A stretch of 44,486 nt of DNA. It comes from Thraustochytrium aureum (Eukaryota). The stretch is taken from contig BLSG01000337.1 of the NCBI GenBank assembly GCA_012862495.1, positions 1 through 44,486 of the forward strand, written 5' to 3'. The notes under the pieces are model-generated. The model made no database searches. It was not told the origin of the DNA and saw only the letters and a program-made list of their open reading frames with translations. The stretch's first letter is position 1, and each line of letters starts with the position of its first letter. The position numbers and the translations under genes are program-made. Shown here one piece after another: positions 12,014-24,677 of this stretch.

Positions 12014-13110
12014 TCACGGTTGCGAAAACCAGGTGTGCGTGGCTGTCTGTATAAACGACTCGCTCGCTTGCAAGCTCCGCTGCGAGTTTTCGAGCTGCCG
12101 CCGAAGCGCCTGCAGCGTCGTGCCGTTTTGAAAGTTTTCAACGAGCTCCGTGACGTCAAAATCCAGAAGCCGCCCGAGCCACCCGCGCCTGCATCCAACA
12201 CCGTCTGCGGCATGCCCTCCTGCTGCAGCGGCGAGACGCGCTTGCGCTGCTGCGCTGCGCGCCCCTTTCCGCCGCGCTTGCTGCTTGCTCCGCGCCTGCC
12301 AGCGCTTGCTTTTCCGCTCAGGGGGCCCGCGCGTCGCTCTTTTGAGTGAGGCAGAACCAGGCTTCGGGCGCGCGCCGCTAATACTTGTCGCGCCTGCAGC
12401 GGGCGCAGCCGCTCGAACGGCCTGAGCTCCCCGCTTGGTGCCTTGCGAAGCACCGCACCCGTGTCCAAGGCTTCTGCGTTGAGCCTGTACGCCGACTCGC
12501 CCGCAAACCGGAACGCCTCGTCCAAGAGCTTGCGGTCGATAGGGCTGGAGCGCTGCTTGCTTGCGCGGGCTGGCGGGAGCTCCAGTTGCGGCTTTCCAGC
12601 GGCAGGCTCTCGCAAACCGCTTTCTAGTCGCCTGAGGTTTTGTTGCTGCTCGCGAAGTTTCTCAAGGCCTACGCTTTTGTCGTACTTGTCTGCTACGAGC
12701 TTGGGTCCCTCGAGCGCCAAAAACTGGTCCACAGAGTGTACACCACGCAGGGCTGGGACTTTCACGGCCGACTTAGCACGGCGCACGCCAGGCCCCGCCG
12801 GCTCTTGGTTTCCTGGCGCGCCAAATGGCGCTGCGGCGCCGCCTTGTCTGCCGTTCGCAGCCACCGTCGCCGAGGCCGCCGTCGTCGAGGCCAGCCTAGC
12901 GCCTTCCTCATCGCCGCCAGTTCCGTAGCTCCCCGTGACTTTAGCCACTGCGACCTTGCCCCAGAACAGCGCCGTAGTCTCCGCACCCGGCGCGGGCCAC
13001 TGTCCGTCGCCGTTTCCGACGGCGGCCTTGGCCTCCCTCACGTACATAGCAGCGCGCTCTTCATTCTGCGCCGCGGAGAGCAGCGTCGCCATCAGCTCTT
13101 CACCTACCAC
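12014..13110 (-). CDS. Hypothetical protein with C-terminal coiled-coil; probable 1-nt deletion near 12167; start uncertain
   Basis: Long ORF 11830-13110. Adding one C gives a more protein-like end, LDFDVTELVENFQNGTTLQALRRQLENSQRSLQASESFIQTATHTWFSQP*, with stop at 12014-12016. Confidence 0.55.
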
Positions 13111-13738
13111 CGATCTGAGTGCCCACCCGCGCCAGGCCTCCCGCTTGCGCGTCCTTCAAACCAACGAGAGGCGCGCCTGCCCCCAGGCTCGGCGCTCAAG
13201 CTCCAAGGCNNNNNNNNNNNNNNNNNNNNNNNNNNNNNNNNNNNNNNNNNNNNNNNNNNNNNNNNNNNNNNNNNNNNNNNNNNNNNNNNNNNNNNNNNNN
13301 NNNNNNNNNNNNNNNNNNNNNNNNNNNNNNNNNNNNNNNNNNNNNNNNNNNNNNNNNNNNNNNNNNNNNNNNNNNNNNNNNNNNNNNNNNNNNNNNNNNN
13401 NNNNNNNNNNNNNNNNNNNNNNNNNNNNNNNNNNNNNNNNNNNNNNNNNNNNNNNNNNNNNNNNNNNNNNNNNNNNNNNNNNNNNNNNNNNNNNNNNNNN
13501 NNNNNNNNNNNNNNNNNNNNNNNNNNNNNNNNNNNNNNNNNNNNNNNNNNNNNNNNNNNNNNNNNNNNNNNNNNNNNNNNNNNNNNNNNNNNNNNNNNNN
13601 NNNNNNNNNNNNNNNNNNNNNNNNNNNNNNNNNNNNNNNNNNNNNNNNNNNNNNNNNNNNNNNNNNNNNNNNNNNNNNNNNNNNNNNNNNNNNNNNNNNN
13701 NNNNNNNNNNNNNNNNNNNNNNNNNNNNNNNNNNNNNN

Positions 13739-14430
13739 CAGGCTTTGTGCCCTTGCCTGGGACGGTAAAGCCAGACCTCTCGCCACCAAGCAGGTTCGAG
13801 CCTGATTGCCGCGCTTGGGTCGAGGCTTTGAACGGCTTTTACTCGACCGAACTCGGCGACGTTTTTCAAAACCCACACCGCGGGTCCGCCTCGACGCTGA
13901 GCGATTATGGCCGCCCGGGCGGCTTTGCAGGTCGTGGCGTGATGTACAACGATTGGCTCGAGGACGCCACGGTCGGCACCCTGCCCGCGGAAATCCCCGA
14001 CCAGGTCGCAGAGTACCTTGTGCGCGCAGGGGTGCGGCGAGTTCTGTGCGGCCACCGGCCCCATGGAGACACCCCGACGGTGATCAGGCACCGGAGCGAA
14101 GACCTCACGGTAGTGACAGCAGATACGTCCTACAGCGACAAGAGCGCCGCGGACGGTCGCGGCTGTGTGGTGTGCGAAGTCAGCGTCGAGGTGGACGGCG
14201 GGCCTACCGTGGTTCGCGGAATTCGAGCCGCGGGCGACGCCTACGAGTTTTGCGTCGAGCGTGTCGCCATCGTGGGGCGCCCGTGGCAAGGCGACGATGG
14301 GCGCAGAGGCTGGGCCAGGGCGGTCCTGGCAGCCAAGCCGGATCCGGTGGGGTCCGATGGGACGCTCTTGGTTTGCTATTCGAAAGGCCCTGGGGTCCTG
14401 GTCCAGCGAAGTCGAGCACGAGCAGGTTGA
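13739..14430 (+). CDS. Calcineurin-like metallophosphoesterase, C-terminal part (N-terminus in gap)
   Basis: GVRRVLCGHRPHGDTP..VVTADTSYSD resembles the last metallophosphoesterase GH motif followed by the DT strand. The earlier motifs are not visible. Confidence 0.55.
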
Positions 14431-14611
14431 CTTGCACGTGGCCGAGGCGCGCGTTGGCGTGTCTCGCGGCGGCAAGTAGCCATGATTAGCCATTGCGAAA
14501 CCGCGCCCTTTCCGAGGCAGCCGCGCCGGAGGGGCCCGTGCCGAGTGCCGATCCGTCCCTTTGCCGCGCCAGACAGTAAATAAAAGAATATCCTCCCAAG
14601 GCGTTTGCTAC

Positions 14612-15433
14612 CTACACGCTGCCGTCGCTGCCCCGTCCGCGCGGCGAGGAGAACAGCGGGCGTGAGCTCGGCGCGGCCCTGTCGTCGGCGTCGTCGCTGA
14701 AGCGCCAACCAGAGAGCATGCGTTCTGGAAGCGTCGTCTCTTCGGGGAAGGCCCCGTTTCCGTAGTCTCCGTACCGGCTGCCAGAGCTGTCGAATGCAGA
14801 ATATCCTGCGTGCGCCGCAGCAGACCCGTACGCGTCCTCGCCCCCCGACTCGGTGACCTGCGCGACGAGGTTGCGCACGCTTGAGCGCACCTTTTCCAAT
14901 GCGGGCTTGACGCTGCCCTCCAGCACTTCGGATGCCTTGGCGCTGGCGCTGGCGAGGGAGCTCTCTAACCTTTCGGAAACCTCGTTGTTGCTGAGCGTGG
15001 TCGATTCGTTCGTGAGCCGGATCTTGGATTCTGCCTCAGCGTCGTAGGTTAGCGACACAAAGCTGCCGCCGTAGACAAAGTGTAGCCGCTTGGGTTTCGT
15101 GGACTCTGCCCATGAATCTGACGTCTCCGATTCCTGAACGACGACAGCTCGCACGGTGTACCAGGCAAAGCCGCACGGAAGTTTCACCACGGCAAAGTTG
15201 GTGCTCCGAAACCCGTACGACTGTCCTCCGGCCCCTTGGCGCGGTCCATAGAGATCTTCTTCGGGCGCTTCGTTCGGCGGCAGCAGCCCTTCGCGGTACA
15301 CGACGCCAGCCACCTCGAGTGACACATGCACGTGAAACGCGGTGTAGTTGGCCACTGTCACCTGCGTCTGCGACGCCACAGCATTGCAAGCCCCCACCCA
15401 TTTTCCAGCCACCATCCGCTTGACGTCCTCCAT
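14612..15433 (-). CDS. Hypothetical protein (273 aa)
   Basis: ATG-started ORF with a beta-rich N-terminal domain, a helical middle and protein-like composition; no recognised family. Confidence 0.55.
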   Translation of the reverse strand: MEDVKRMVAGKWVGACNAVASQTQVTVANYTAFHVHVSLEVAGVVYREGLLPPNEAPEEDLYGPRQGAGGQSYGFRSTNFAVVKLPCGFAWYTVRAVVVQESETSDSWAESTKPKRLHFVYGGSFVSLTYDAEAESKIRLTNESTTLSNNEVSERLESSLASASAKASEVLEGSVKPALEKVRSSVRNLVAQVTESGGEDAYGSAAAHAGYSAFDSSGSRYGDYGNGAFPEETTLPERMLSGWRFSDDADDRAAPSSRPLFSSPRGRGSDGSV

Positions 15434-16073
15434 TCCGGTTGATGAGATGGCCCAGCCGCCCCGTCCGCAACCGCGTCCGGCCAGGCAACCACTCGCCCGG
15501 CGCGACGAGCTCCTCCCTCCTTTGCCGGTCTACCTCGTGTGCGACATGACATACCCCAAATGTCAGCTACGACTTGGTCCGTAAACAACGGAAGCTCTGA
15601 TCCCTCTACTGACGTACAGACGTCCCCAATGCCCCTACTAGTGGGTCGCTCGAGGTGCGCGAGAGGGGGCATCAAGAGCACGTTGGCGAGTTACTCAGCC
15701 GCGTCGTATCTACTACAAAGTAGTCCCGAAGCGCCAAAGCTGCCGACTATTTCCGTAAAGCTGCCAAATACCGCCCAGCGGAATCGCGCGCAATGCAGAA
15801 GCGTGGACATGGGGGGGGTACGCGCCGCCCGACCTAACCCAATCTAACCCTCGGCCCAGCCCAGCCTAACCTAACCGAGGAGCAAAGAACAACGAACGTA
15901 TGCGTCGGCGGTGGGGAAAAAGAGAGNGAAAAAAAGCGGACGGGGAGCGGGCAGGCAGAGGTGGAACTGGCCGCCGGCGAGTGGAGGCAGGACCTGGTCG
16001 CGGCCGACAGCGCCCGCTCGAGGAAGCGGCGGCAGCCTCGGGCCGTGGCTTGTGTTCGCTGCTGAAGCCCGAA

Positions 16074-17243
16074 ATGGCGGCAGCGGCGGTAGAGTTTGGC
16101 GGACTGGGCCTGTCCGGCGCGGCGAGCAAAAATGCTGCGACGCTCGCCACCAGACGACGGCTCGCTGAGAGGATTGCGGCGAGAATTGGCGAAGGGGAGG
16201 CGCGCGGACCCTGCCAGGTTGCCGTCATCGTACGTGAGGCGGCGAGGACGGGAGGCGCCGAGGCTGCCGAGATTTTGGACGAGCTCGCGCGCTGGCTCGG
16301 CGGCGAGCCAGAAGGCGCAGGTCGTGCAAGGCGGGGCGACAAGGAGACGTTGAAGGCGCCGCTGGGGCCAGCGCCGAGCACAGTGCCGGCGGGTCTGCCC
16401 ANNNNNNNNNNNNNNNNNNNNNNNNNNNNNNNNNNNNNNNNNNNNNNNNNNNNNNNNNNNNNNNNNNNNNNNNNNNNNNNNNNNNNNNNNNNNNNNNNNN
16501 NNNNNNNNNNNNNNNNNNNNNNNNNNNNNNNNNNNNNNNNNNNNNNNNNNNNNNNNNNNNNNNNNNNNNNNNNNNNNNNNNNNNNNNNNNNNNNNNNNNN
16601 NNNNNNNNNNNNNNNNNNNNNNNNNNNNNNNNNNNNNNNNNNNNNNNNNNNNNNNNNNNNNNNNNNNNNNNNNNNNNNNNNNNNNNNNNNNNNNNNNNNN
16701 NNNNNNNNNNNNNNNNNNNNNNNNNNNNNNNNNNNNNNNNNNNNNNNNNNNNNNNNNNNNNNNNNNNNNNNNNNNNNNNNNNNNNNNNNNNNNNNNNNNN
16801 NNNNNNNNNNNNNNNNNNNNNNNNNNNNNNNNNNNNNNNNNNNNNNNNNNNNNNNNNNNNNNACCGATTCGAGCGTCCATTCTCGTGGCCGACCTTGCCG
16901 GACGCCAAAGCGCCGCAGCGATGTGCGGCGCAGCGCCAAAGCCCCGCAAGCGTGCCGAGGTCGCTGCCGGGGCAGGGCCACTGCCGGCGCTCATGAAGAC
17001 AGTCGACCCCGGCGTCTTACAAGAGCTTCGACGCCGGTTTCAGGAGGTCGACGAAGAGCGCCTCTCCAAGGTGTCTGCCATCGACGCCAAGCCCGTGGCA
17101 CAGCCGGGGCGCGCTGACTTTTACGACGCGAAGAACCCGCACAACTACCTGACTACTGCCGCGCGATGGACGAAATCAACGTGCGACCCGCCTCGCCGGC
17201 CTCTTTTGCGCGGACGTGCAACGACCGGCCCTTCGCCTTGTAA
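16074..17243 (+). CDS. Hypothetical protein spanning gap 16402-16862
   Basis: MAAAAVEFGG... before the gap; LQELRRRFQEVDEERL...FYDAKNPHNYLTTAA after it. One added G near 17163 gives an ending MDEINVRP...RPFAL* at 17243; without it the stop is at 17274. Confidence 0.45.
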
Positions 17244-17578
17244 GTGGTCACCGCACGTCTCACAAGCGTGCTAGCGATGTTCGCGAGGCGAGACGGACAG
17301 TCGGAGCGGCGCTGTCAACCGGCGATTGTAAATCCCTCCAAAACCTCCCTTCAATCTCGCTTCGCGCCGAGCCGGGGCGCGGCGCGAGTCCGGCCGCGCT
17401 GCAAGTGTAAAACCCTCCAAAACGATCCTTCAATTTAGCTGCTGCACCCCACGCCACAGCGCCGGCCAGCCAATCCAGCCACCGGCTCGCTCGAGGCCCA
17501 GGCGCTGCGTGGCGCGCCAAAAGAAGGGCGCCATCGGTTCTTGCTGAAGAAGCCCCCACACCAAAGCGTTTCTGGACC

Positions 17579-18649
17579 TCATTCCTTCCCCTCCTCGAGC
17601 TTTCCTTCCGGAGAGGCCATCTCTGTTCGCGGACTGTCGAGCGCGGCACCAGAGTCTGAGGGCTTGTTTTCGATGCCCAGAACGCGGATGGCGGTGTCGC
17701 CGCCGGCGACGGCGAGCTTGCGCGCGAATGGGTCAAAGTCGACCGTGTAGACGCCCCGCGAGAGGCCGGCAACCGTGCCGACGAGCTTGTTGCCCGCGGT
17801 GCGGTCGAAGACCTTGGCCTCGTTGGATCCCGTGCCTCCTGCTGCGATCAGGTTGCCCGTGCCTTTGCTGAACTGTGCGCAATAGAGCATGGCTGGCGTC
17901 GCGCTGTGCACAACGCTCTGGTTCCAAGGGATGTCGGCCATCTTCTCGCCGGACCGGTAGTCCCAGACCTCGAGCTGGTTTTTCGTGCGCCACGACCCCG
18001 TGAGGATCGTGTTGTCGCAGATGTCCACTGCGTCTCCGCACACGTGTGGCCCGTACAGGCTTCGCACGGCGTGCTCGACACGCAAATCCCAGATCTGCAC
18101 CGTGTTGTCCCAGCCGCCGCTGATCATCACGTTGGGGTCATGGTCGTGAAACTTGAGGGAGAAGACACGGTTCGAGTGCCCAGGCGTGACCCGGCCGACG
18201 CCCGAGCGCATCTCGCTCATCAGCGTCTTGGTGGCCTCGTCGTATACCCGCACCGTAAAGTCTTTGCCCGCCGTGGCAAACACGACCCCGTCAGGCCTGT
18301 AGTCGACGCAATACAGCTGGTTTGTCTCGTCCTTGATGGTGTGAAGGCACTTGCCGGACGTGACGTGCCAGTGCGCCACGGAGCCGTCCGCGCTGACGGC
18401 GAGCAGGACGTTCTTTGTCTTGGAGGCGCCCAGGGGCCGGAACCGAATCCCCGTGACCGGCATGCTCTCGCGGCCGCGCGCATTGCGCAGCTCGTACGCC
18501 ATGCGGCCATTCGCGGCATTGTACACGCGAATCGTCCCGTCCCCGCACCCCGCCGCGAGCAGCTTTCCGTCCGGCGAAAACCGCGTCGTGAACACCTCGC
18601 TCGGGTTGTCGCTCACCGTATACAGCGGAATCAGCCTCTTCTGCGACAT
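17579..18649 (-). CDS. WD40-repeat beta-propeller protein (356 aa)
   Basis: Repeated WD motifs: RFSPDGKLLAAGCGDGTIRVY, FATAGKDFTVRVYD, GHSNRVFSLKF..ISGGWDNTVQIWD, LTGSW..QLEVWD. Confidence 0.9.
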   Translation of the reverse strand: MSQKRLIPLYTVSDNPSEVFTTRFSPDGKLLAAGCGDGTIRVYNAANGRMAYELRNARGRESMPVTGIRFRPLGASKTKNVLLAVSADGSVAHWHVTSGKCLHTIKDETNQLYCVDYRPDGVVFATAGKDFTVRVYDEATKTLMSEMRSGVGRVTPGHSNRVFSLKFHDHDPNVMISGGWDNTVQIWDLRVEHAVRSLYGPHVCGDAVDICDNTILTGSWRTKNQLEVWDYRSGEKMADIPWNQSVVHSATPAMLYCAQFSKGTGNLIAAGGTGSNEAKVFDRTAGNKLVGTVAGLSRGVYTVDFDPFARKLAVAGGDTAIRVLGIENKPSDSGAALDSPRTEMASPEGKLEEGKE

Positions 18650-18679
18650 CCTCCCTGACCTCGCGCCTCCCCAAACCTT

Positions 18680-18785
18680 GCTGCCTGCCCGCCCGCCCGC
18701 CCGCCTGCCCGCCTGCCTGCTTGCTTGCCCGCCTGCTCGCTTGCCCGCCTGCAGCGTCCCTGGCCCGTCCCAGGCCTGCCTTGCA
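18680..18785. repeat. Degenerate GCCT/GCCC tetranucleotide microsatellite upstream of the WD40 gene
   Basis: Directly visible. Confidence 0.7.
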
Positions 18786-21354
18786 CGGCAGCAGCGTCGC
18801 CAGATCAGCNNNNNNNNNNNNNNNNNNNNNNNNNNNNNNNNNNNNNNNNNNNNNNNNNNNNNNNNNNNNNNNNNNNNNNNNNNNNNNNNNNNNNNNNNNN
18901 NNNNNNNNNNNNNNNNNNNNNNNNNNNNNNNNNNNNNNNNNNNNNNNNNNNNNNNNNNNNNNNNNNNNNNNNNNNNNNNNNNNNNNNNNNNNNNNNNNNN
19001 NNNNNNNNNNNNNNNNNNNNNNNNNNNNNNNNNNNNNNNNNNNNNNNNNNNNNNNNNNNNNNNNNNNNNNNNNNNNNNNNNNNNNNNNNNNNNNNNNNNN
19101 NNNNNNNNNNNNNNNNNNNNNNNNNNNNNNNNNNNNNNNNNNNNNNNNNNNNNNNNNNNNNNNNNNNNNNNNNNNNNNNNNNNNNNNNNNNNNNNNNNNN
19201 NNNNNNNNNNNNAGAGGCAGAGAGATGCATCTCAGCACCCATCTGCTCAGAATTCAGGTGCGACCTGCGGCTGCTGGGTTGGTCGCAGGGCCGTTTGACC
19301 GTTGGATGAACATAAAGAACAAAAGAACAAAAGAGCAGCAGGAGCGAACAACGTGTGAGTTCGTTCTTTTTGTTCGGTGAGAGGCTGGGCTTTCTTTGAG
19401 TCGGAAGTGCTTTTGTCAGAGGCATGTGGTGTGACTCGACGCAGGAGGTTGGTCTGCCTGGGGCGGTGAATGCAGGCCGCGGCAGGCTGCTGCTCGATGC
19501 GGAGGAGTGAAGGGCTGCGGGGCTGAAGCGCGCGCGAGCGGAAATGTGCGATGGGGACTTGAATTGCGTGGCTGGCCTGAAGGGCACGCCAACTCGTCGA
19601 AGGCTCGCGCGACGCGTCGCCGTTTCGACGAGGGCGTGGTCACCATCATCATCGCGATGCATTTACTCCTTACATCGGCGCGGCTTGCGTGTTGGGCCGT
19701 GGGTTCACGGCGTTCCGACGGTGGCGCCCCCGAGTGGGACGTTTTTCTCTACTACCTCCGCGACGAGGTTGCCGTTGCGTTGTTGCCCAGGATTGCCACA
19801 CTCACCATACGGCCTGTTGTCCTCGGGCATGGCATGGCAAGGCACACCGTCGGTTAGGCGAGCTAGCGGCTCCGTCGATCCGGGACACTAGGGGAGGGCC
19901 GGCGGTTGCGCTTTGGCGGGCGGTCCCTCGCTGCCGACGACCAGCGAGCGCTGCTCACCGAGCAAGCAGGTCGAGCACCAAAAAGCAGGGACAGCCTCGG
20001 CGGTTTTTTCTCTGCTCTTGTGTGAGCCTTGTTCCTGGGTACGCTGGCACTGCTCACTTGATCATGAGCCGTCTCCTTTGAGCGCTACGTAGAGTAACGC
20101 CACCAACCACATGGAGTATCATGAGCCGTCTGAGATGCGCCCGTCGCGCCGTTCCAACACCGCTGAGAAGTCGACCAACGGACACTGGTGCTGCGGCTCG
20201 GGCGAAGTCGGGTCCGACATGAACAGCAAAGTTTTCTTGACCGCCTCACAACAGTGCGCGCTGTCTTCTGCGTCGCGAGCTCGCCCACTGACAGGGGTCG
20301 GTCGGGCGGTTGTGGTTGAAGTGGGTTAGCGAATTATTTATTGCGCGAGATTGGCCAACTCTCCCTCGCTGCGCGGGCTAGCTCTCGCTATTCTCTCTCC
20401 CGCTCTCTCTCGCGCGCGCGCAGCACTGCCAATGATTACTCTACCTATCGCGCTGCGCCAATGAGACCGGCACTGGTGTGAATGAAAGCAGGAATTGGCC
20501 GGAACTGCCAGTGAGCTGCTGTTTTCGGAGGTCGTTGATTGACTTGTGCGCGATGGACGTCACGTAAGAGGCCCGGCCCAGGCGGCAAGGGCACTCCAGA
20601 GTGTCCCAGAGCAACCGGGAAACAGCGTTGCCGCCTCTAGCCAGCAAAGCTCTGCATGCAAGGTGGCCGAGCCACACTGGCGCTCAGAAGCGCTGGGAGG
20701 CCGCGCTTGGATTTTGTCGTGGCATCTGGGTTTTGCCAGCGAGAAAGCTGGCTTTCCTTTGCGGCAGAAGAGTGAAAGTGCAAGTGAAGTGAGCGTTCCG
20801 GGAGGGAGCGGTCGATCAATTCAAAGTTTGCGAGCACAGCAGCGCGAAATTCAACACTTCGTTCCCGGCACGGCGTCCACCACCACGCCCGCGTGCCTCT
20901 GAGGTTGGGCGCTTTTCATGCCGGAACGAGCTCACGCGCTTTGTAGATGTGACTCCACAGAGAGCAGAGCCCAGACCTGACACATTCTGCCGCAGCTTGC
21001 GCCCTTGCAGCACTTGCTCTTCTTGCGCGCGTCAACAATCCCCGGCAGGCGGTCGGCCCAAGGCCCGTCTGCAAGCAGTCCCGAATCGCACTGGTCTTCG
21101 CCAAAGCACAAACGCCCTGATCCGGCTCGACACGCACCGCCGCAGTACGAACGAACCCACACTTGTCCGTCACCCAAAGGATTTGTCCGTCAGCATCACC
21201 GTCATCCTCGAGGGACGTTCTGAGCTTGTTGGAGCAGGACTTTCGTCACCAAGACAAAGTCCAGACAGACGCCCAAGGCGCAGTTCAGCCGCAGCACATT
21301 CGCGCGCGCTGTCTCGAGCCCATCGTCACCGCGCGTTGACGGCGAAGAAGAAGA

Positions 21355-22813
21355 ATGGACGACGGTGCTGAAGACTACTATGTGGCTGCTGCAGCGCACC
21401 AGCAGCGGCTCGCCAACAAACTGGCCAACAACAAGCCCGCTTCCAAAGCAAGCAAGCCGCTCAACCCGCATCTGAGGCGCCTCAAGGGCGACGCCGCGCT
21501 CGAGGCCCGCACACTCGGGCGGCACAACTCGACCTCCACCGTGAAAATGCAAAACACCATGTCCAAGCCCAACCACAACGCCACGATCGAGGTCATCGCC
21601 AGCATCTTGCACGGCCGTATCAGCCAGGGCGAGTCTGCTCGCGGTCGCCAGCGCAAGCCGTTCGGCGCCCAATTCGACCTCGCCTGCTTCAATGACCCTC
21701 TCTACAGGACCGCGAGCATGTACTACTCGGAGAGCGACAGCGAGGACGAATTCGACGACGAGGACGAGCTCATCGTGGAGCAAAAGGACGAGAACGTTCT
21801 TGCCGGGCTCGACAAACTTCGCATTGGATCCTCGAAGAGCACCAACAAGGACGGGAAGGACCTGTCGCGGCACGGGTCGTTCAAGGAGAACAACGAGAAC
21901 ATGCGCATCAACGCTGGCCCGGCCGAGCTCAGCGCACGGGCGCGCCCGCTGCAAGAGTTNNNNNNNNNNNNNNNNNNNNNNNNNNNNNNNNNNNNNNNNN
22001 NNNNNNNNNNNNNNNNNNNNNNNNNNNNNNNNNNNNNNNNNNNNNNNNNNNNNNNNNNNNNNNNNNNNNNNNNNNNNNNNNNNNNNNNNNNNNNNNNNNN
22101 NNNNNNNNNNNNNNNNNNNNNNNNNNNNNNNNNNNNNNNNNNNNNNNNNNNNNCAAGACCTGCAGGCAGCGTACAAGGGGGCCAAAAACGCCTTGCCGCT
22201 CCCGCCCGTGAGCAAGCCGACGGCGGCCACAATCCGCGAGTTCCTGAAAAACATGTTTGTCACGGCGCAGTGCTCTGAGGAGTGCAACATCATCTGCCTT
22301 ATCTACATGCAGCGTCTGCTCGAGTACTCGGGAAACGAGTCTGCGCTCAACCCGTACAACTGGAAGGCCGCAACCATGACTGCTTTGCTCTTGGCGAGCA
22401 AAGTTTGGGACGACCTCAGCATGGTCAACGAAGACTTTAGCATTTTTATGCCGTACAGCCTGGACCAGATCAACACCTGGGAGGTGCAGTTTCTCAGCTG
22501 CCTCAAGTACAACGTCCGCGTCGGGGCTTCCGAGTACGCCAAGGTCTACTTTGAGCTGCGAAACCTCGCGCAGCGTGCGGGCCTCGAGCTGCTGCCTGAC
22601 AAGGAGGTCGACGTCGCGCAGGCTGCCAAGCTCGAGGCGCTTACCTCCACGATGGAAAAGCGCACAAAGCAAATGCATAGCTACCAGTCGGTGCCGGCGC
22701 CCTGCTCGCCTGGCTCGCCGGGGGCGGGCGACGCGTCGCCCACCAAGCCGCTGCGCCGCTTCAACTCAGACGCCGGCCCGCGGCCCTCCTCGTGCCGCTA
22801 CGTCATCGACTGA
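21355..22813 (+). CDS. CCNY: Cyclin Y-like protein; gap 21960-22153
   Basis: Cyclin box FVTAQCSEECNIICLIYMQRLL..NWK..LLLASKVWDD..NEDF..QFLSCLKYNV.V.ASEYAKVYFELR. The N-terminal NSTSTV..TMSKPN..TIEVIA segment also matches cyclin Y. Confidence 0.9.
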
Positions 22814-22954
22814 GTTCGTAGTGGCGCAGCAGCAAGCGGCGCTGCTGCGGGCGCCTCGCAAGCAAAACGTATCATACCCACACAAATATACTGTTAGCAC
22901 ATTTGTCTCTCGCCCCCTCGAGGTCTCCGACCAGCCATCGGTCCCGCATCCCGG

Positions 22955-24525
22955 TCAGGCGCGGGCATGCGGGAGCCCAAACCGACCCACGATGCTGCAC
23001 AGCATACAGAGGGACGCGCAGACCAGGAGCGTGAGGCCCTGGCTACGAGAAAAGAGCACTTGGCCCAAAGCTGGGCTCAACAGGCCTCCAACACGCGCGA
23101 ACGCCGTCACCGCGCCAACACCAAACGCGCGACGACTCGTGCTGAAATAGGCCGCGCTGTATATCCAAAGGCTCTGATTGAACCCCAGGGCGGCCGCTCG
23201 GGCCCCGAAGAACAAGCCCACGCCGACCATGCCTGGGCCGCGTGCGCTAGCCAGCACCACGTCGTTTGCGGCCAGAAGCAAGCATAGCGCTGCGCACGCT
23301 GCAAAGAGGGAGCAAACAGCAAAACGGCTGCCGCGGTGTCGGATGATCAGCATGGCTCCCAGGAGGCCCGGAAGCTCTGCCCCGCTGACCAACACAATCT
23401 GGAAATACTGCGTCGAGCTGAGAACGTCGTGCTGCGCGTCGGAGCCGCCCAAAAACTCCACAGTTAGCTCTACAAGGCCATAGTAGACGACCGCCATCAC
23501 CATAAACAGACCGCACAGTGCGGCGACGGCGGCGTTTGGCACTCGCTGTTGGCTTTGTTCTGCCACGACCCCGCGCGCGGGCTCGGACTCGCATGGCTCG
23601 CTTTGACATGCGCGATCCAAGGACCCCGCCGCTGTGTCGGTACAGCTCCTCGCTCGGAGGGATCCAGACGCGCGACTTGGCGCCGCTCTGGTCCAAGGAG
23701 AGCAACGTGGTCGTCCAGAGCGCCGACCCCCTCTTGATCGCTGGAGGCAGACGAGCGGTTGATAGTTCTCGGGGCTTCGCGGTCCCCATTCGAGGCATTA
23801 TTGATCTTCAGAATTTTTTGAAGCGACGCAGTGCACTCGAGCCACGCCCCTCGCGAGGCGTGAAAGTGCGGCGACTCTGGCAGCACGGGGAAGAGGAGGG
23901 CGATCGCAAGCGCAGGCACGCTAGCTGCAGCGAGCATCACCCGCCAACTCCCAAGGCCTTCCAGGCAGGCCCACGCGAGCAGCGCGCACAGGACGCTGCC
24001 AACCGAAAAGAAGGCGAAAAACCACACGAGCCGCTCCTGGCGGAGTGACGGGGGCACCACCTCGCTAAACAGCGCCAGGCCACAGCTCGCCCCGCCCACG
24101 CCACAGCCAACAAAGAACCGGCAAGCCAGCAGCGAGGCCCGCGTCGAGGCCGCCGCCGAGGCCGCCCCAAACAGGCCGACCGTGAGGCAAGAGCCGCAAA
24201 CGCCAAGCCGCCTTCCACGCCCGTCCGAGATCCACCCCCACATCGGCGCGCCCACCAGCATGCCCGCAAACACGCTCAGGCTCAGCTGCCACCGAAGCGG
24301 GTCATCGTCGGAGTGGATGTGCAGCGGCGACCCTTCCGGCTCGTGCGAGGCGAGCACGGCCGGCAAAAACGGCAGCAGCACCAGTTCCAAGGCGTCCGCA
24401 AGTTGCGTTCCGCCGCAGACCACCAGCATTGCGGCTTGAAACCTCCCCCATCCCGCCTTCTCCAGCTCTTTGTCCACCTCTACCAGGCCATCGTCTTCTT
24501 CCTCCGCTGCTCGCCGCGCGTCCAT
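22955..24525 (-). CDS. MFS transporter, SVOP/SV2-related; one frameshift around 23540-23660
   Basis: GWGRFQ..ADALE, GMLVGA..WGWISDGRGRR, RFFVGCGVGG, PESP, YYG, AELPG, RAFGVG..ARVGG. The two ORFs join by adding one base. Confidence 0.85.
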
Positions 24526-24677
24526 CGCCGCGCCGCCCTGCTCGCCAAACCGCCATCAACGCGACCCTCTCGCATTTGTTCGAACGAGCAACGAGCAGGC
24601 TCACGAGCAGAGAATAGTTCTTCCGTTGGCGCAGAACAACGAGGCGCTCGTTTCCGTGCGGGACAAAGGTCGAGGAG

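Noticed and set aside
19213..21350. Short ORFs in the long region between WD40 and cyclin Y
   Set aside because: No recognisable domain, transposase or RNA-gene structure; a small gene cannot be excluded.
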